Source: a virus | Direction: 5' to 3' (one strand) | Virus record (IMG/VR): IMGVR_UViG_3300042261_001186 | Coordinates: 32,001-96,000 of that record | DNA length: 64,000 nucleotides | Shown here: piece by piece, positions 49,889 through 58,494 of the stretch | Layout of the letters: each line of letters opens with the position of its first letter | How positions within the stretch are numbered: position 1 is the first letter of the stretch | Notes under the pieces: model-generated | The model's input: only the letters and a program-made list of their open reading frames with translations | The model's database searches: none | What the model was told of the DNA's origin: nothing | Made by a program: the position numbers and the translations under genes

Positions 49889-50767
49889 TTAAATAAATGG
49901 TGCACAAGTATATCTTTTCATTGGTAATCTATTATAACCAACTTTATCTCTAACATTTTCATAATTGGACAGAAAATATTTGTTACCTTCTGTGTAGAAA
50001 TACCTCATAGTATCCATATATGGGTTGAATCTTGGATGACCATAATTTCTTTTCACATAAACTTTGAATATATTATTAGGTGCCCAACCTTGTTTATCAT
50101 CATACATCAACCATTTGTTTTGTCTGGCATAATTAATGAACATTTGCTGAACAGCATAATTAGAATAGTAAATCCTATCCATATAAGTTCTTCCTGCTGG
50201 TTCATCCAATTTCCATACTATGGCCCTACCCAATAGTTTATTATTGTCATCTGTCAATATCAACAAATTTATCTTATCTGGATTTTCTGCATAAATTCTA
50301 AATTTTAATTGTGAGAAAATTCCCCTCATACAAGAACTATGTAATGGTGATCCTCTATCTCTATTTGTGTAATTCCATCCTAGATACCATCTATTTATAG
50401 CTAAACCATCAACTAATCTAAACCTACTATTTTCTTTATATTGTTTATAAAAACCTTTGTACCTATTAACACACATTTCAACATTATGTTCATTAAAAAC
50501 ATCTTTTGGAAAAAAGGTTTCTAGGGAATTTAAAAATCTCCCATATTTTATTTCTTGTCTAGCATTAGGTTTATCAACATGAATATAAGATATTACATCA
50601 TCTCTATCTGTGATTTTAAGGTCATATATCTTTCCAGTTTTACCAGCTAATTTTCTCAATTCATAAATTTTTGAGAAAACATTGTCCCAACTGACTTTAT
50701 CAAAAGTGACTTCATGAAATAGGTCTTCTTTTGGTTTTCTTTCGAATGTTCTTTTTACTTCTTCCAT
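49889..50767 (-). CDS. SCM/GRAIVW family protein, paralog 5
   Basis: SSCMR, IYAENP, GRAIVW, YMDRIY, PYMDT. Confidence 0.75.
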   Translation of the reverse strand: MEEVKRTFERKPKEDLFHEVTFDKVSWDNVFSKIYELRKLAGKTGKIYDLKITDRDDVISYIHVDKPNARQEIKYGRFLNSLETFFPKDVFNEHNVEMCVNRYKGFYKQYKENSRFRLVDGLAINRWYLGWNYTNRDRGSPLHSSCMRGIFSQLKFRIYAENPDKINLLILTDDNNKLLGRAIVWKLDEPAGRTYMDRIYYSNYAVQQMFINYARQNKWLMYDDKQGWAPNNIFKVYVKRNYGHPRFNPYMDTMRYFYTEGNKYFLSNYENVRDKVGYNRLPMKRYTCAPFI

Positions 50768-50838
50768 GAAACTATATATTAAATAAAAAATTCAAACTTT
50801 ATATTACATATCATATAAAATAAAATAAAATCATATTT

Positions 50839-51798
50839 ATGCTCGAAGGTAAAAGATTTCAAAATAATGAAAATGGTGATATAGTAGAGGTTATAGCAGA
50901 TACTGGAATGTTCTACAACCTAAGTAATGGTTCAAATATTAAAAGAGATATATTTTTTCAAAAATATTCAGAAATGGTAGATCCAACTAGTTTTTTCCAA
51001 AAACAAACGGTTGCAGGTCTTTCAAATTTGGCTGAACAATTCAAAAATTTAGATTCTAGGAATGCTGTAGATGGTGATATGCCACCAACAGTTAGACATA
51101 TATCAGAATCAACAGGTAATTATTCACCACCAACACCTGAACAAGACAGACAAGAAATGATTAGGAGATATAATGAAAATCAAGCTAAAAAAGATTTATC
51201 ACAATATAAAGTATTTGATAATGAAGATGAAGCAGCATCTGATTTTGAGAGAAGACAAAAAGAAATTCAACAAAATCAAATACAACAAAGAAATAAATCT
51301 TTAAGACAACAAAAATTAGAAGAAGAAGAGAGATTTTTAAGGGGAGAACAAAACATTCAAAATGTAGAATATACAGAACCAACACCACAAGAATTTACAC
51401 AACCTGCTTATGTATCTAAAGATGAAGAAGCTTATAGATTTTTCAAATCTTTTAAAAGAGTGTATCCTGTAAAGTTGTCCATAGATTTTGATGAAAAAAT
51501 TGCAGAACCTAATTTTTTAAAAATGATGGTTACTAATATGGAAGCTGATATTATTCAATATTATACAAAAGAAATTATGAATAGAATTCATAATGATCCT
51601 GGTTATTTGGAAACAAAAATATATGAAAAACTTAGGTCTATAGTTTTTGAAGAAGAACAAAAAAAACCTAAAAGAACTATTAAACCTAAAGTTGTTAAAG
51701 AAGAAGTTAAAGTTCCAACTAAAAAACAACCTAAGAAAAGAGTTATACCTTCTGTTCCACCTAAGGATAGAGAGAGATTACAAGAGGGGGTTGAATAA
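50839..51798 (+). CDS. Hypothetical protein
   Basis: 319-aa ORF. Confidence 0.6.
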   Translation: MLEGKRFQNNENGDIVEVIADTGMFYNLSNGSNIKRDIFFQKYSEMVDPTSFFQKQTVAGLSNLAEQFKNLDSRNAVDGDMPPTVRHISESTGNYSPPTPEQDRQEMIRRYNENQAKKDLSQYKVFDNEDEAASDFERRQKEIQQNQIQQRNKSLRQQKLEEEERFLRGEQNIQNVEYTEPTPQEFTQPAYVSKDEEAYRFFKSFKRVYPVKLSIDFDEKIAEPNFLKMMVTNMEADIIQYYTKEIMNRIHNDPGYLETKIYEKLRSIVFEEEQKKPKRTIKPKVVKEEVKVPTKKQPKKRVIPSVPPKDRERLQEGVE

Positions 51799-51816
51799 AA
51801 AATAATATATAAAATT

Positions 51817-52188
51817 ATGATAGATAAATTACTTGAAGACGCCTTTAAAATATTTGGGTGGGAAGTTGAATATTTCATTACAGAACAAAGTAAAGAAGAA
51901 ACATTAGATAATTATAAATTAACAAATATAGTTGATAAGGTATGTATTAAAGTTTTAATTGATGATAATATAAATAATGTAAAAAACTTTAAAATAAAAA
52001 TTTTAAAGAGTACATTTTTAGAAAACAAAAAACCTAGTGTAAATGACATAATTTATATACCAGGTGTCAAAAGACTTTATTATGTTGAAAAAGTATTGGA
52101 TGAAGATGAAAATATGATGTCAGGAGGAATTTGCTTTTTTAATGTTGAATTGTCTCAATATGAAATTAAATTTAAAATAAATGGATAA
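51817..52188 (+). CDS. Small neck/head-closure (gp14-like) protein
   Basis: G.EV.Y; KP.VNDIIYIP...RLY.V..V; F.VEL..YE. Confidence 0.45.
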   Translation: MIDKLLEDAFKIFGWEVEYFITEQSKEETLDNYKLTNIVDKVCIKVLIDDNINNVKNFKIKILKSTFLENKKPSVNDIIYIPGVKRLYYVEKVLDEDENMMSGGICFFNVELSQYEIKFKING

Positions 52189-52531
52189 AAAATTTATAGA
52201 ACAAGCTAAGAACATTAGAAGAGAATACATTAAAAGTGTTAATGACATATTGTCTTGTGAGGATAAAATAAATTATTATAAAACTAAATTATCTGAAGTT
52301 CAACTTAATATGCAAAGTACTAGTAAAGATGATATACGTATTAAAATGATGGATATAGAGAAAAATATAAAAGTTATTGAAAATCTAATGAATCCTCATA
52401 CAAATAAAGTAAAATCTCTTGAAAAAGAAGCTGATATTTTGTTTGAAAATATAATGGAAAGACATCCAAATTATACTAAGGAAGATATTCAAAATGAACT
52501 TATTCCACACCTAAAAGAAATCAAATTTTAA
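52181..52531 (+). CDS. Coiled-coil hypothetical protein
   Basis: Heptad-like ORF. Confidence 0.55.
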   Translation: MDKKFIEQAKNIRREYIKSVNDILSCEDKINYYKTKLSEVQLNMQSTSKDDIRIKMMDIEKNIKVIENLMNPHTNKVKSLEKEADILFENIMERHPNYTKEDIQNELIPHLKEIKF

Positions 52532-52855
52532 ATGGAAGAATTAGACTTAACCTCTTATGATGATTTGATGAAATCATATCACCTTGTAAGAAAAATATAT
52601 GAAATTCATAATAAATTCAAAGATTTGGAAGATGATCCAATAGAATATAAATCTATTAATGTTAATTTAGATTTACTTGATATAATAATGGAAGTAAATT
52701 TTGTATTTTCACCAAAAATTGGTATATTGAGTAAGATTGATAAAGTAACAAAAGTGGGTGTATTACTTAATATTGAGGTTTTCTTGGAACCAGGTTTAGA
52801 GAATAAAGTAGTTTTTAATGGAAGAGAAAACTATGAATTAATAGTTAAAATATAA
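52532..52855 (+). CDS. Hypothetical protein resembling an isolated capsid A-domain
   Basis: By-eye similarity to the gp23 C-terminal region in this window. Confidence 0.45.
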   Translation: MEELDLTSYDDLMKSYHLVRKIYEIHNKFKDLEDDPIEYKSINVNLDLLDIIMEVNFVFSPKIGILSKIDKVTKVGVLLNIEVFLEPGLENKVVFNGRENYELIVKI

Positions 52856-52909
52856 TTTTTTATATCAATAATTATGTTTATATTTGTATAATAAATAAAA
52901 TTTTTCAAA

Positions 52910-53248
52910 ATGGCAACATTGTTCAGACCAGTTGGGTTAAAAGAACTTCTTCTGATAAAAAATTCTGGCTGGACAAAATTTCCACCTAGATTACCAGAAC
53001 AGCCAATATTTTATCCTGTCTTAAATGAAGAATATGCTACACAAATAACTAAAGATTGGAATGTTAAATCAACTGGTTTTGGATTTGTCACAAAATTCAA
53101 TATTGATGATGAATATTTTAATACTTTTGAAATACACAATGTTGGGGCAAAAATTCATAATGAACTTTGGGTTCCAGCTAGACAACTTAATGAATTTAAT
53201 AAACATATAATAGGAAAAATAGAAATCACTAAATCTTTTAAAAAATGA
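52910..53248 (+). CDS. Conserved protein often labelled ADP-ribosylation/crystallin J1 (possible ART fold)
   Basis: LFRPVG..EL..FPPRLPEQPIFYPVLNEEYA.QI..DWN..HNELWVPA. Confidence 0.7.
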   Translation: MATLFRPVGLKELLLIKNSGWTKFPPRLPEQPIFYPVLNEEYATQITKDWNVKSTGFGFVTKFNIDDEYFNTFEIHNVGAKIHNELWVPARQLNEFNKHIIGKIEITKSFKK

Positions 53249-53787
53249 AATTCTTCGATAGATTTATTTTAGCACCTTATATAATGAAGGCTACATCCCT
53301 TATAGGTGTTCATCGTAGATGTGGTGGAAATCAATTCAGACACCAATTTGCAACACTTGGAATTTTATTGGACTATAAATATTTTGATGATAGTGTCTTA
53401 CTCAAGGCTTCACTCATTCACGATTTACTTGAAGATTGGGGTGATGAACAAATTGAAGCAATAAGAAACCTTGATGAAGATGGATACCAAGTTATTGAAT
53501 TGGTTAAAGAAGTCACCAAGAGTAAAGATGAACCTAAAGAAGTGTATCTTAAAAGAATACTTGATAGTGGTTCAGATAGAGCTAAAATCCTTAAATGTGC
53601 AGACAGAATAAGTAATTTAACAGACTTACATTTAGATACACACACATCAGGAAAAATAGCATTATATTTAGATAATACTGAAAAATTTATTATTCCAATG
53701 GCATTAGCTGTATCTAATATAGATTTTGTGAAAGAACTTGCAGATTTAATTATAGAAAGAAGATTATTAATTGAAACCAAAAAATAA
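53245..53787 (+). CDS. HD-domain hydrolase, Mesh1/SpoT-like
   Basis: R..G..F.H, LIHDLLED, V.EVT, K.ADRISNL. Confidence 0.8.
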   Translation: MKFFDRFILAPYIMKATSLIGVHRRCGGNQFRHQFATLGILLDYKYFDDSVLLKASLIHDLLEDWGDEQIEAIRNLDEDGYQVIELVKEVTKSKDEPKEVYLKRILDSGSDRAKILKCADRISNLTDLHLDTHTSGKIALYLDNTEKFIIPMALAVSNIDFVKELADLIIERRLLIETKK

Positions 53788-53793
53788 ATAGAT

Positions 53794-54012
53794 ATGAAAA
53801 ACAAATATTTTGAAAATTGGACACCTAATGTTATAAATAGAAATTATAATGAAATGTATGTATCATATTTGAAAAGTAAAATAAATAATTATCCTGAAAT
53901 TAAATTAAAATATGATAATATTGATTTAGATTCAATGAATAAAGATGATATTAGTATTGAAGCCAAGAAAATAGATGAAATGATAACTGAAATTAAAAAT
54001 AAAAACAAATGA
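53794..54012 (+). CDS. Hypothetical protein
   Basis: ORF in operon. Confidence 0.5.
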   Translation: MKNKYFENWTPNVINRNYNEMYVSYLKSKINNYPEIKLKYDNIDLDSMNKDDISIEAKKIDEMITEIKNKNK

Positions 54013-54458
54013 TTGAAAACACAATTAACACAGACATCAAGAATGCAATGATGGAAAAAAATGCAATGAGACTAGAAGCTCTCAGAACCATCAAAACAGC
54101 AATTCAATTAGAAAAAGCTAAAGAAGGAACTGAATTGACTGATGAACAAGTTATTAAAATTATACAAAAACTAGTCAGTCAAAGAACAGAATCAGCAGTT
54201 CAATATGCAAGTGCTGACAGAGTAGACTTAGTTGAACATGAATTGGATTTGGTTACGGTTTTCAAACTTTACTTACCAGAACAAATGTCTGAAGCTGAAA
54301 TCAATGCTAAAGTAAAGGAAATCATTACTAATGTTGGAGCAACATCTGTAAGGGATATGGGTAAAGTTATGTCTATTGTAAATAAAGATTTGGCTGGAAA
54401 AGTAGATGCTAAAGCAGTAGGACAATTAGTAAAACAATTATTAACCTTAAAAACTTAA
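54009..54458 (+). CDS. GatB/YqeY domain protein
   Basis: DIK.AM, LR.IK, QR.ES..QY, YLPEQMSE, DMGKVM. Confidence 0.9.
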   Translation: MIENTINTDIKNAMMEKNAMRLEALRTIKTAIQLEKAKEGTELTDEQVIKIIQKLVSQRTESAVQYASADRVDLVEHELDLVTVFKLYLPEQMSEAEINAKVKEIITNVGATSVRDMGKVMSIVNKDLAGKVDAKAVGQLVKQLLTLKT

Positions 54459-54462
54459 AATT

Positions 54463-54690
54463 ATGATTTTATTTATTGCAGAAGTAATATTGACCATTTT
54501 TGCATGGAGAAATGGTTGGAAATGGTTGGCTTTGATACCAATGGGTGTTATTTTCTTAATTGGTATGATTATTGGTTCTAGTGTGGCTATGTCAGGTGGG
54601 TCAATGGACAATTTAGGAGGTCTCTTTATGTTCGATCTTATGGCTATTGTGGTTTTGATCATTATGGTATGTAAGAAAAGAAAAATTTGA
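54463..54690 (+). CDS. Small membrane protein
   Basis: Three hydrophobic segments. Confidence 0.55.
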   Translation: MILFIAEVILTIFAWRNGWKWLALIPMGVIFLIGMIIGSSVAMSGGSMDNLGGLFMFDLMAIVVLIIMVCKKRKI

Positions 54691-54729
54691 TAATTCAAAA
54701 AATTGTTGTATCTTTGTTAAAATTATAAA

Positions 54730-54885
54730 ATGAAAAATATAAAACTTTTATTGGCTGGATTAGTGATAGGATTTGTGGTTTCTGAAGCTGTCGTTCAATA
54801 TAAAAAAATGAAAAATGAAAAAGAAATTGAAGACAAGGAAATCAGTGAATTACTCAAGTTGAAAAGAAAATACCCTAAAGTTTAA
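54730..54885 (+). CDS. 51-aa single-TM protein not in ORF track
   Basis: MKNIKLLLAGLVIGFVVSE..KYPKV*; TAnnTTTG upstream. Confidence 0.5.
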   Translation: MKNIKLLLAGLVIGFVVSEAVVQYKKMKNEKEIEDKEISELLKLKRKYPKV

Positions 54886-54942
54886 ACTTTTTGGAAATAT
54901 GTGACTATTAAGAGATAATATATAGTAATATATTGTTCTTTG

Positions 54943-55112
54943 AAAATATTTAAAAATTGTGAAAACGAAAGAACCCAAGACCCCATCGCATAGGGGAGAA
55001 CGCAACCTTAGGAAAAACCGAATGGTGTCGGTAGTCAGAAATGACGAAACTTAAGCAGGCGGATTGAAATGAAGATCCTTAATATTATGTGCGAACTTTT
55101 TTTAAATATTTT
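54943..55112 (+). ncRNA. Candidate structured ncRNA of unknown family
   Basis: GC/CpG-enriched non-coding island closed by a 14-bp inverted repeat; internal hairpins; same 18-nt leader as tmRNA. Confidence 0.55.
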
Positions 55113-55132
55113 TAATTGTTCTTTGAAAATAT

Positions 55133-55529
55133 GGGCTCGTATGGCTTAGACAGCGATGCGAAATAATGAATAAGCAAGTATCGTACTTTCTGTGATACGA
55201 TTAATAAATTGGCAGGAGACAAATAAATGCAAAAACATCAAAAATAGTGTCTGAAGATATGATGAGTATCTTCACTAGCGTGACAGGAAAGGTTTCTGAA
55301 ACCTTTTACGCGAAAGAAAGCGCCGAATTGGCCTTGGCATAACAGGAAAAAATCAGATACTCTGAATATTGGAGAGTTTTAACAGAGGATAAACTAAATT
55401 AAATAATTGATGAATTGACAATTTTTCAGAATACAAATTGTATATGAGTTGATACAGAAATTATCAAATAAACTTGTAGAAATTTTTTAAAATCATTGTT
55501 GGAAGCGGGTTCGAATCCCGCCGAGTCCA
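55133..55529 (+). ncRNA. ssrA: tmRNA
   Basis: Acceptor GGGCTCG/CGAGTCC with G3-U70 and discriminator A; T-arm GCGGGTTCGAATCCCGC; tag ORF ending ELALA*. Confidence 0.92.
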
Positions 55530-55636
55530 CAAAAGGAATGACAATTCTGGTTGTGATGTACACATAGATCAGTCAAATCATTCGCGTTTTAAAACGAAAC
55601 CGTGAACATAGCCAAGATAAGGAACGGATAAAATTT

Positions 55637-55662
55637 AACCAATCATTTTGATTGGTTTTTTT
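55637..55662 (+). terminator. Intrinsic terminator after the RNA cluster
   Basis: AACCAATCA-TTT-TGATTGGTTTTTTT. Confidence 0.75.
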
Positions 55663-55797
55663 ATTTGGAAACATTTAATTAAATTTGCAATGTAGAATTA
55701 AAAACAAGGATGTATATTTTCAAGAAATTATTCTTAACAACTACATTACCATATGCAAATTCAATATAAAGATGAAAATATAGAATGGGTTTAAATT

Positions 55798-56094
55798 ATG
55801 TTCAAGAATATTTTAATAACTTTTTTAAAAGATAAGTACCCTAATTTTGATTTCATAATTTTCCCTTGGTCAAAGGATGATATGGATATCATAGAAAAAA
55901 AAGGACTTGGTAGAATGGATCCAAGGTACACAATTAATATGTATTTGGAGCATGCTAGTCAGGTTTATGCTCGTTCATCTAGAGAACAACAGACTGAAAT
56001 TTTGACACTGGCTGTGAATAGAGTGGATAAATTCATAAAAATGAAATGTAAAATAATTGAAGAATATAAAGATGAAAACATAGAATGGGTATAA
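55798..56094 (+). CDS. Hypothetical protein with DENIEWV tail
   Basis: ORF track. Confidence 0.6.
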   Translation: MFKNILITFLKDKYPNFDFIIFPWSKDDMDIIEKKGLGRMDPRYTINMYLEHASQVYARSSREQQTEILTLAVNRVDKFIKMKCKIIEEYKDENIEWV

Positions 56095-56141
56095 ATTATG
56101 TTTAAAGACGATGAATACAAGGATGAAAATATAGAATGGGT

Positions 56142-56447
56142 ATGAAAGAGGAATTCCTTAAAAAACTGAAAGAAAAATATGGGTTTGAAAAAATCTCACT
56201 TGATGGTAATGACTTAGTTATAAACAAGAACCCTAAAGCATTGAATGACATTAAAATATGGGTGGATTTGGATTTTGCTAAATATATGATGGAATTGACT
56301 GGTTCCAGCATGGAAATGGAAATAAAATGTCAAATGATACATGTTGATTGGGAACTCAAAAGGATGGATTATTTTTCAGAAAATCCTAAAAGTTGGTGGG
56401 TTGACAAAAAAGATATTTATGAAGATGAAAACATAGAATGGGTATGA
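56142..56447 (+). CDS. Hypothetical protein with DENIEWV tail
   Basis: ATGA overlap with the preceding mini-ORF; alternative start 56136. Confidence 0.6.
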   Translation: MKEEFLKKLKEKYGFEKISLDGNDLVINKNPKALNDIKIWVDLDFAKYMMELTGSSMEMEIKCQMIHVDWELKRMDYFSENPKSWWVDKKDIYEDENIEWV

Positions 56448-56548
56448 AAATAGCGGATTATTTGTATAAAAAATACTCAAACATCAGTTTCTATATCGTA
56501 GGAAACCGCCACATAAAAGAGTAGGAATAAAAAATAAATTTAAATTAT

Positions 56549-57364
56549 ATGGCAAAAAAGAGTGGAAAAGATTTCCAAAGAGAAGTCTTAAATGACCCTG
56601 AATGGGTAAAAGAACATGGTGATGTTGATAAATTTGAGGATATAGATTCGAAAGTTAATACCGAATATTCCTCTAAAAGAAAAGAAAAAACATCACTTAT
56701 AAACAAAAATAGATCTGGTAAATATCAATATGATTCTAGGTCAGCATTAAAAGGTGATACATTAATGTATAAAGGAAAAAAGAAAATAGTTTCTGAATAT
56801 AAAAATTATGATAGTGTAAGAAGCTTATTTAAACCACCTTCCATTTATGATATGAGTAAGTTTATGAAAACTAATGACTCAAACATTAGATATGCATCTG
56901 AACAAAAATTAGATTTTATATCTAATGATACTAAAAATTATTATGATAATTTTTTCAATCAAATCTTCAATGGTCCTAAAATTCACACATTAGAAACAAC
57001 TAATGAACCTATTCCAATTGGTTTTCTGGATTATGATTCTTTTTTAGAATTAATATGTTCTATTGAATTAGGGTTTGCATATAAAGAATTTGGTGTTGAA
57101 AAAATGAAAAATTTTGTTTGTTTGGACAATACAAATAAAAAATATATGAAAGATCTTGATTTAACAAAAGTCATAAACAAAGGTGATATAGTTAAATTAA
57201 GTATTTGGATTGATCCAACAACTAGATATTCTTACCTAATTTACACTTGTAATGATGAACCTATTTACATTCTTTCACAAAGAAAAAATGTTGCAAAAGC
57301 AAATTGTGCCTTTATTCCAAATTCTAAATTTGTAGTAAATGAAAAATCTAGAAAATCCATCTAA
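56549..57364 (+). CDS. Hypothetical protein, possible nuclease partner of the methyltransferase
   Basis: Convergent with the MTase; no motif firmly recognised. Confidence 0.45.
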   Translation: MAKKSGKDFQREVLNDPEWVKEHGDVDKFEDIDSKVNTEYSSKRKEKTSLINKNRSGKYQYDSRSALKGDTLMYKGKKKIVSEYKNYDSVRSLFKPPSIYDMSKFMKTNDSNIRYASEQKLDFISNDTKNYYDNFFNQIFNGPKIHTLETTNEPIPIGFLDYDSFLELICSIELGFAYKEFGVEKMKNFVCLDNTNKKYMKDLDLTKVINKGDIVKLSIWIDPTTRYSYLIYTCNDEPIYILSQRKNVAKANCAFIPNSKFVVNEKSRKSI

Positions 57365-57366
57365 AC

Positions 57367-57395
57367 AAAAAACCCCCTTAATTGGGGGTTTTTTT
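57367..57395. terminator. Bidirectional terminator
   Basis: AAAAAACCCCC-TTAATT-GGGGGTTTTTTT. Confidence 0.8.
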
Positions 57396-58494
57396 ATTTC
57401 ACCAAATTCTTGAATATCGCTTCTAAAACATTAACAACTATTGAATTTCCTGCCAATTTTATTAATGCACTATCACTCATAGTCCCTTCAACTTTATTAA
57501 AATCACTATCTGTGAACCCCATTAATTTCCAACATTCTCTTGGTATAAGTTGTCTTACTTCACCATTTTCATAAACCTTTATTCTAGATAATGCACCAGT
57601 TGCAGTTATAGTTGGAGATATACTATCAGTATGATAAACCTTATTTTCACTTGCAAAATTTGTATAACCAACTAAATCAAATCCTCTTATACCATTCTTA
57701 GTTTTTTTAGTTTCTATTACACTTGGATAATATTTCTTAAAATCAAAATAATATTTCTTATCAACATTTTTAGACATAATATCACCAATAGTTAAATTAG
57801 TTAATTCATTTTGTTCTGGAATAATATATTCTTGATCATCTATTATAGAAACCATATAAGCTCTTTCTCTATTCTGTGGTATATCAAAATAAGAAGCTTT
57901 CAATTTGAAATCATAATTCCTATATCCTAATTTTGTGAGATTCTCTTTCCAAGTTTCAAATCCTGTTTTGTGTTTATCACTCATTATTGATGCGACATTT
58001 TCCATTAATAAATATTTTGGTAATCTATTTTCAACTTTTAATTCATTAAGTAGTCTATCTACTTGCCACAATAAAGAACTTGATTTACCTTCAAATAAAC
58101 CTCTACCACTTCCTTGGTTACTTAAATCCTGACATGGAAATGAATATGTTAATAAATCATGGTCTGGCATATCAGTTGATTTGAAATCTAATATGGAACC
58201 AAGATTGTTTATGTTTTTATTAGAGACATAAAGTTTCTTTGCTTTTTCAAAATTCATTTTATCAGTATTTGTAGGTGTTTTAGTATCTAAAGAAAATGTA
58301 AATTTTTTAAGATAATCATATATTTCTTCTTTTGAATCTGTAGTTTCTTCATATGAATGATGGACAAGGTTATATGACATTATGGCATTGACATCCCATT
58401 CTGATACTGCAACTACTTCAAAGTCAGCTTTTATATTTTTAAGTGCTTTGTGTTGAGAACCAATACCAGCAAATAATTCAATTACTTTTATCAT
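57394..58494 (-). CDS. C5-cytosine DNA methyltransferase, M.SssI/M.MpeI-like (probable CpG specificity)
   Basis: FAGIG, DLLTYSFPCQDLS, LPKYLLMENV, QNRER, GNSI; target recognition region KKTK..GY..F.SE..VY..PTITATGA.SRIK. Confidence 0.9.
   Translation of the reverse strand: MIKVIELFAGIGSQHKALKNIKADFEVVAVSEWDVNAIMSYNLVHHSYEETTDSKEEIYDYLKKFTFSLDTKTPTNTDKMNFEKAKKLYVSNKNINNLGSILDFKSTDMPDHDLLTYSFPCQDLSNQGSGRGLFEGKSSSLLWQVDRLLNELKVENRLPKYLLMENVASIMSDKHKTGFETWKENLTKLGYRNYDFKLKASYFDIPQNRERAYMVSIIDDQEYIIPEQNELTNLTIGDIMSKNVDKKYYFDFKKYYPSVIETKKTKNGIRGFDLVGYTNFASENKVYHTDSISPTITATGALSRIKVYENGEVRQLIPRECWKLMGFTDSDFNKVEGTMSDSALIKLAGNSIVVNVLEAIFKNLVK

Larger units (their letters stand above)
55762..56447 (+). 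repeat. Four ~30-bp direct repeats encoding Y[KE]DENIEWV*
   Basis: Copies end at 55794, 56094, 56145 and 56447. Confidence 0.85.

Noticed and set aside
55040-55055. Hammerhead ribozyme (GACGAAAC)
   Set aside because: No CTGAnGA core at the required position
55500-55532. Stand-alone tRNA
   Set aside because: The T-arm and acceptor 3' strand pair with 55133-55139, forming the tRNA-like domain of tmRNA
55762-56447. Direct repeats as a CRISPR array
   Set aside because: Spacing is irregular (about 50-300 bp), repeats are in-frame coding tails and no cas genes are visible
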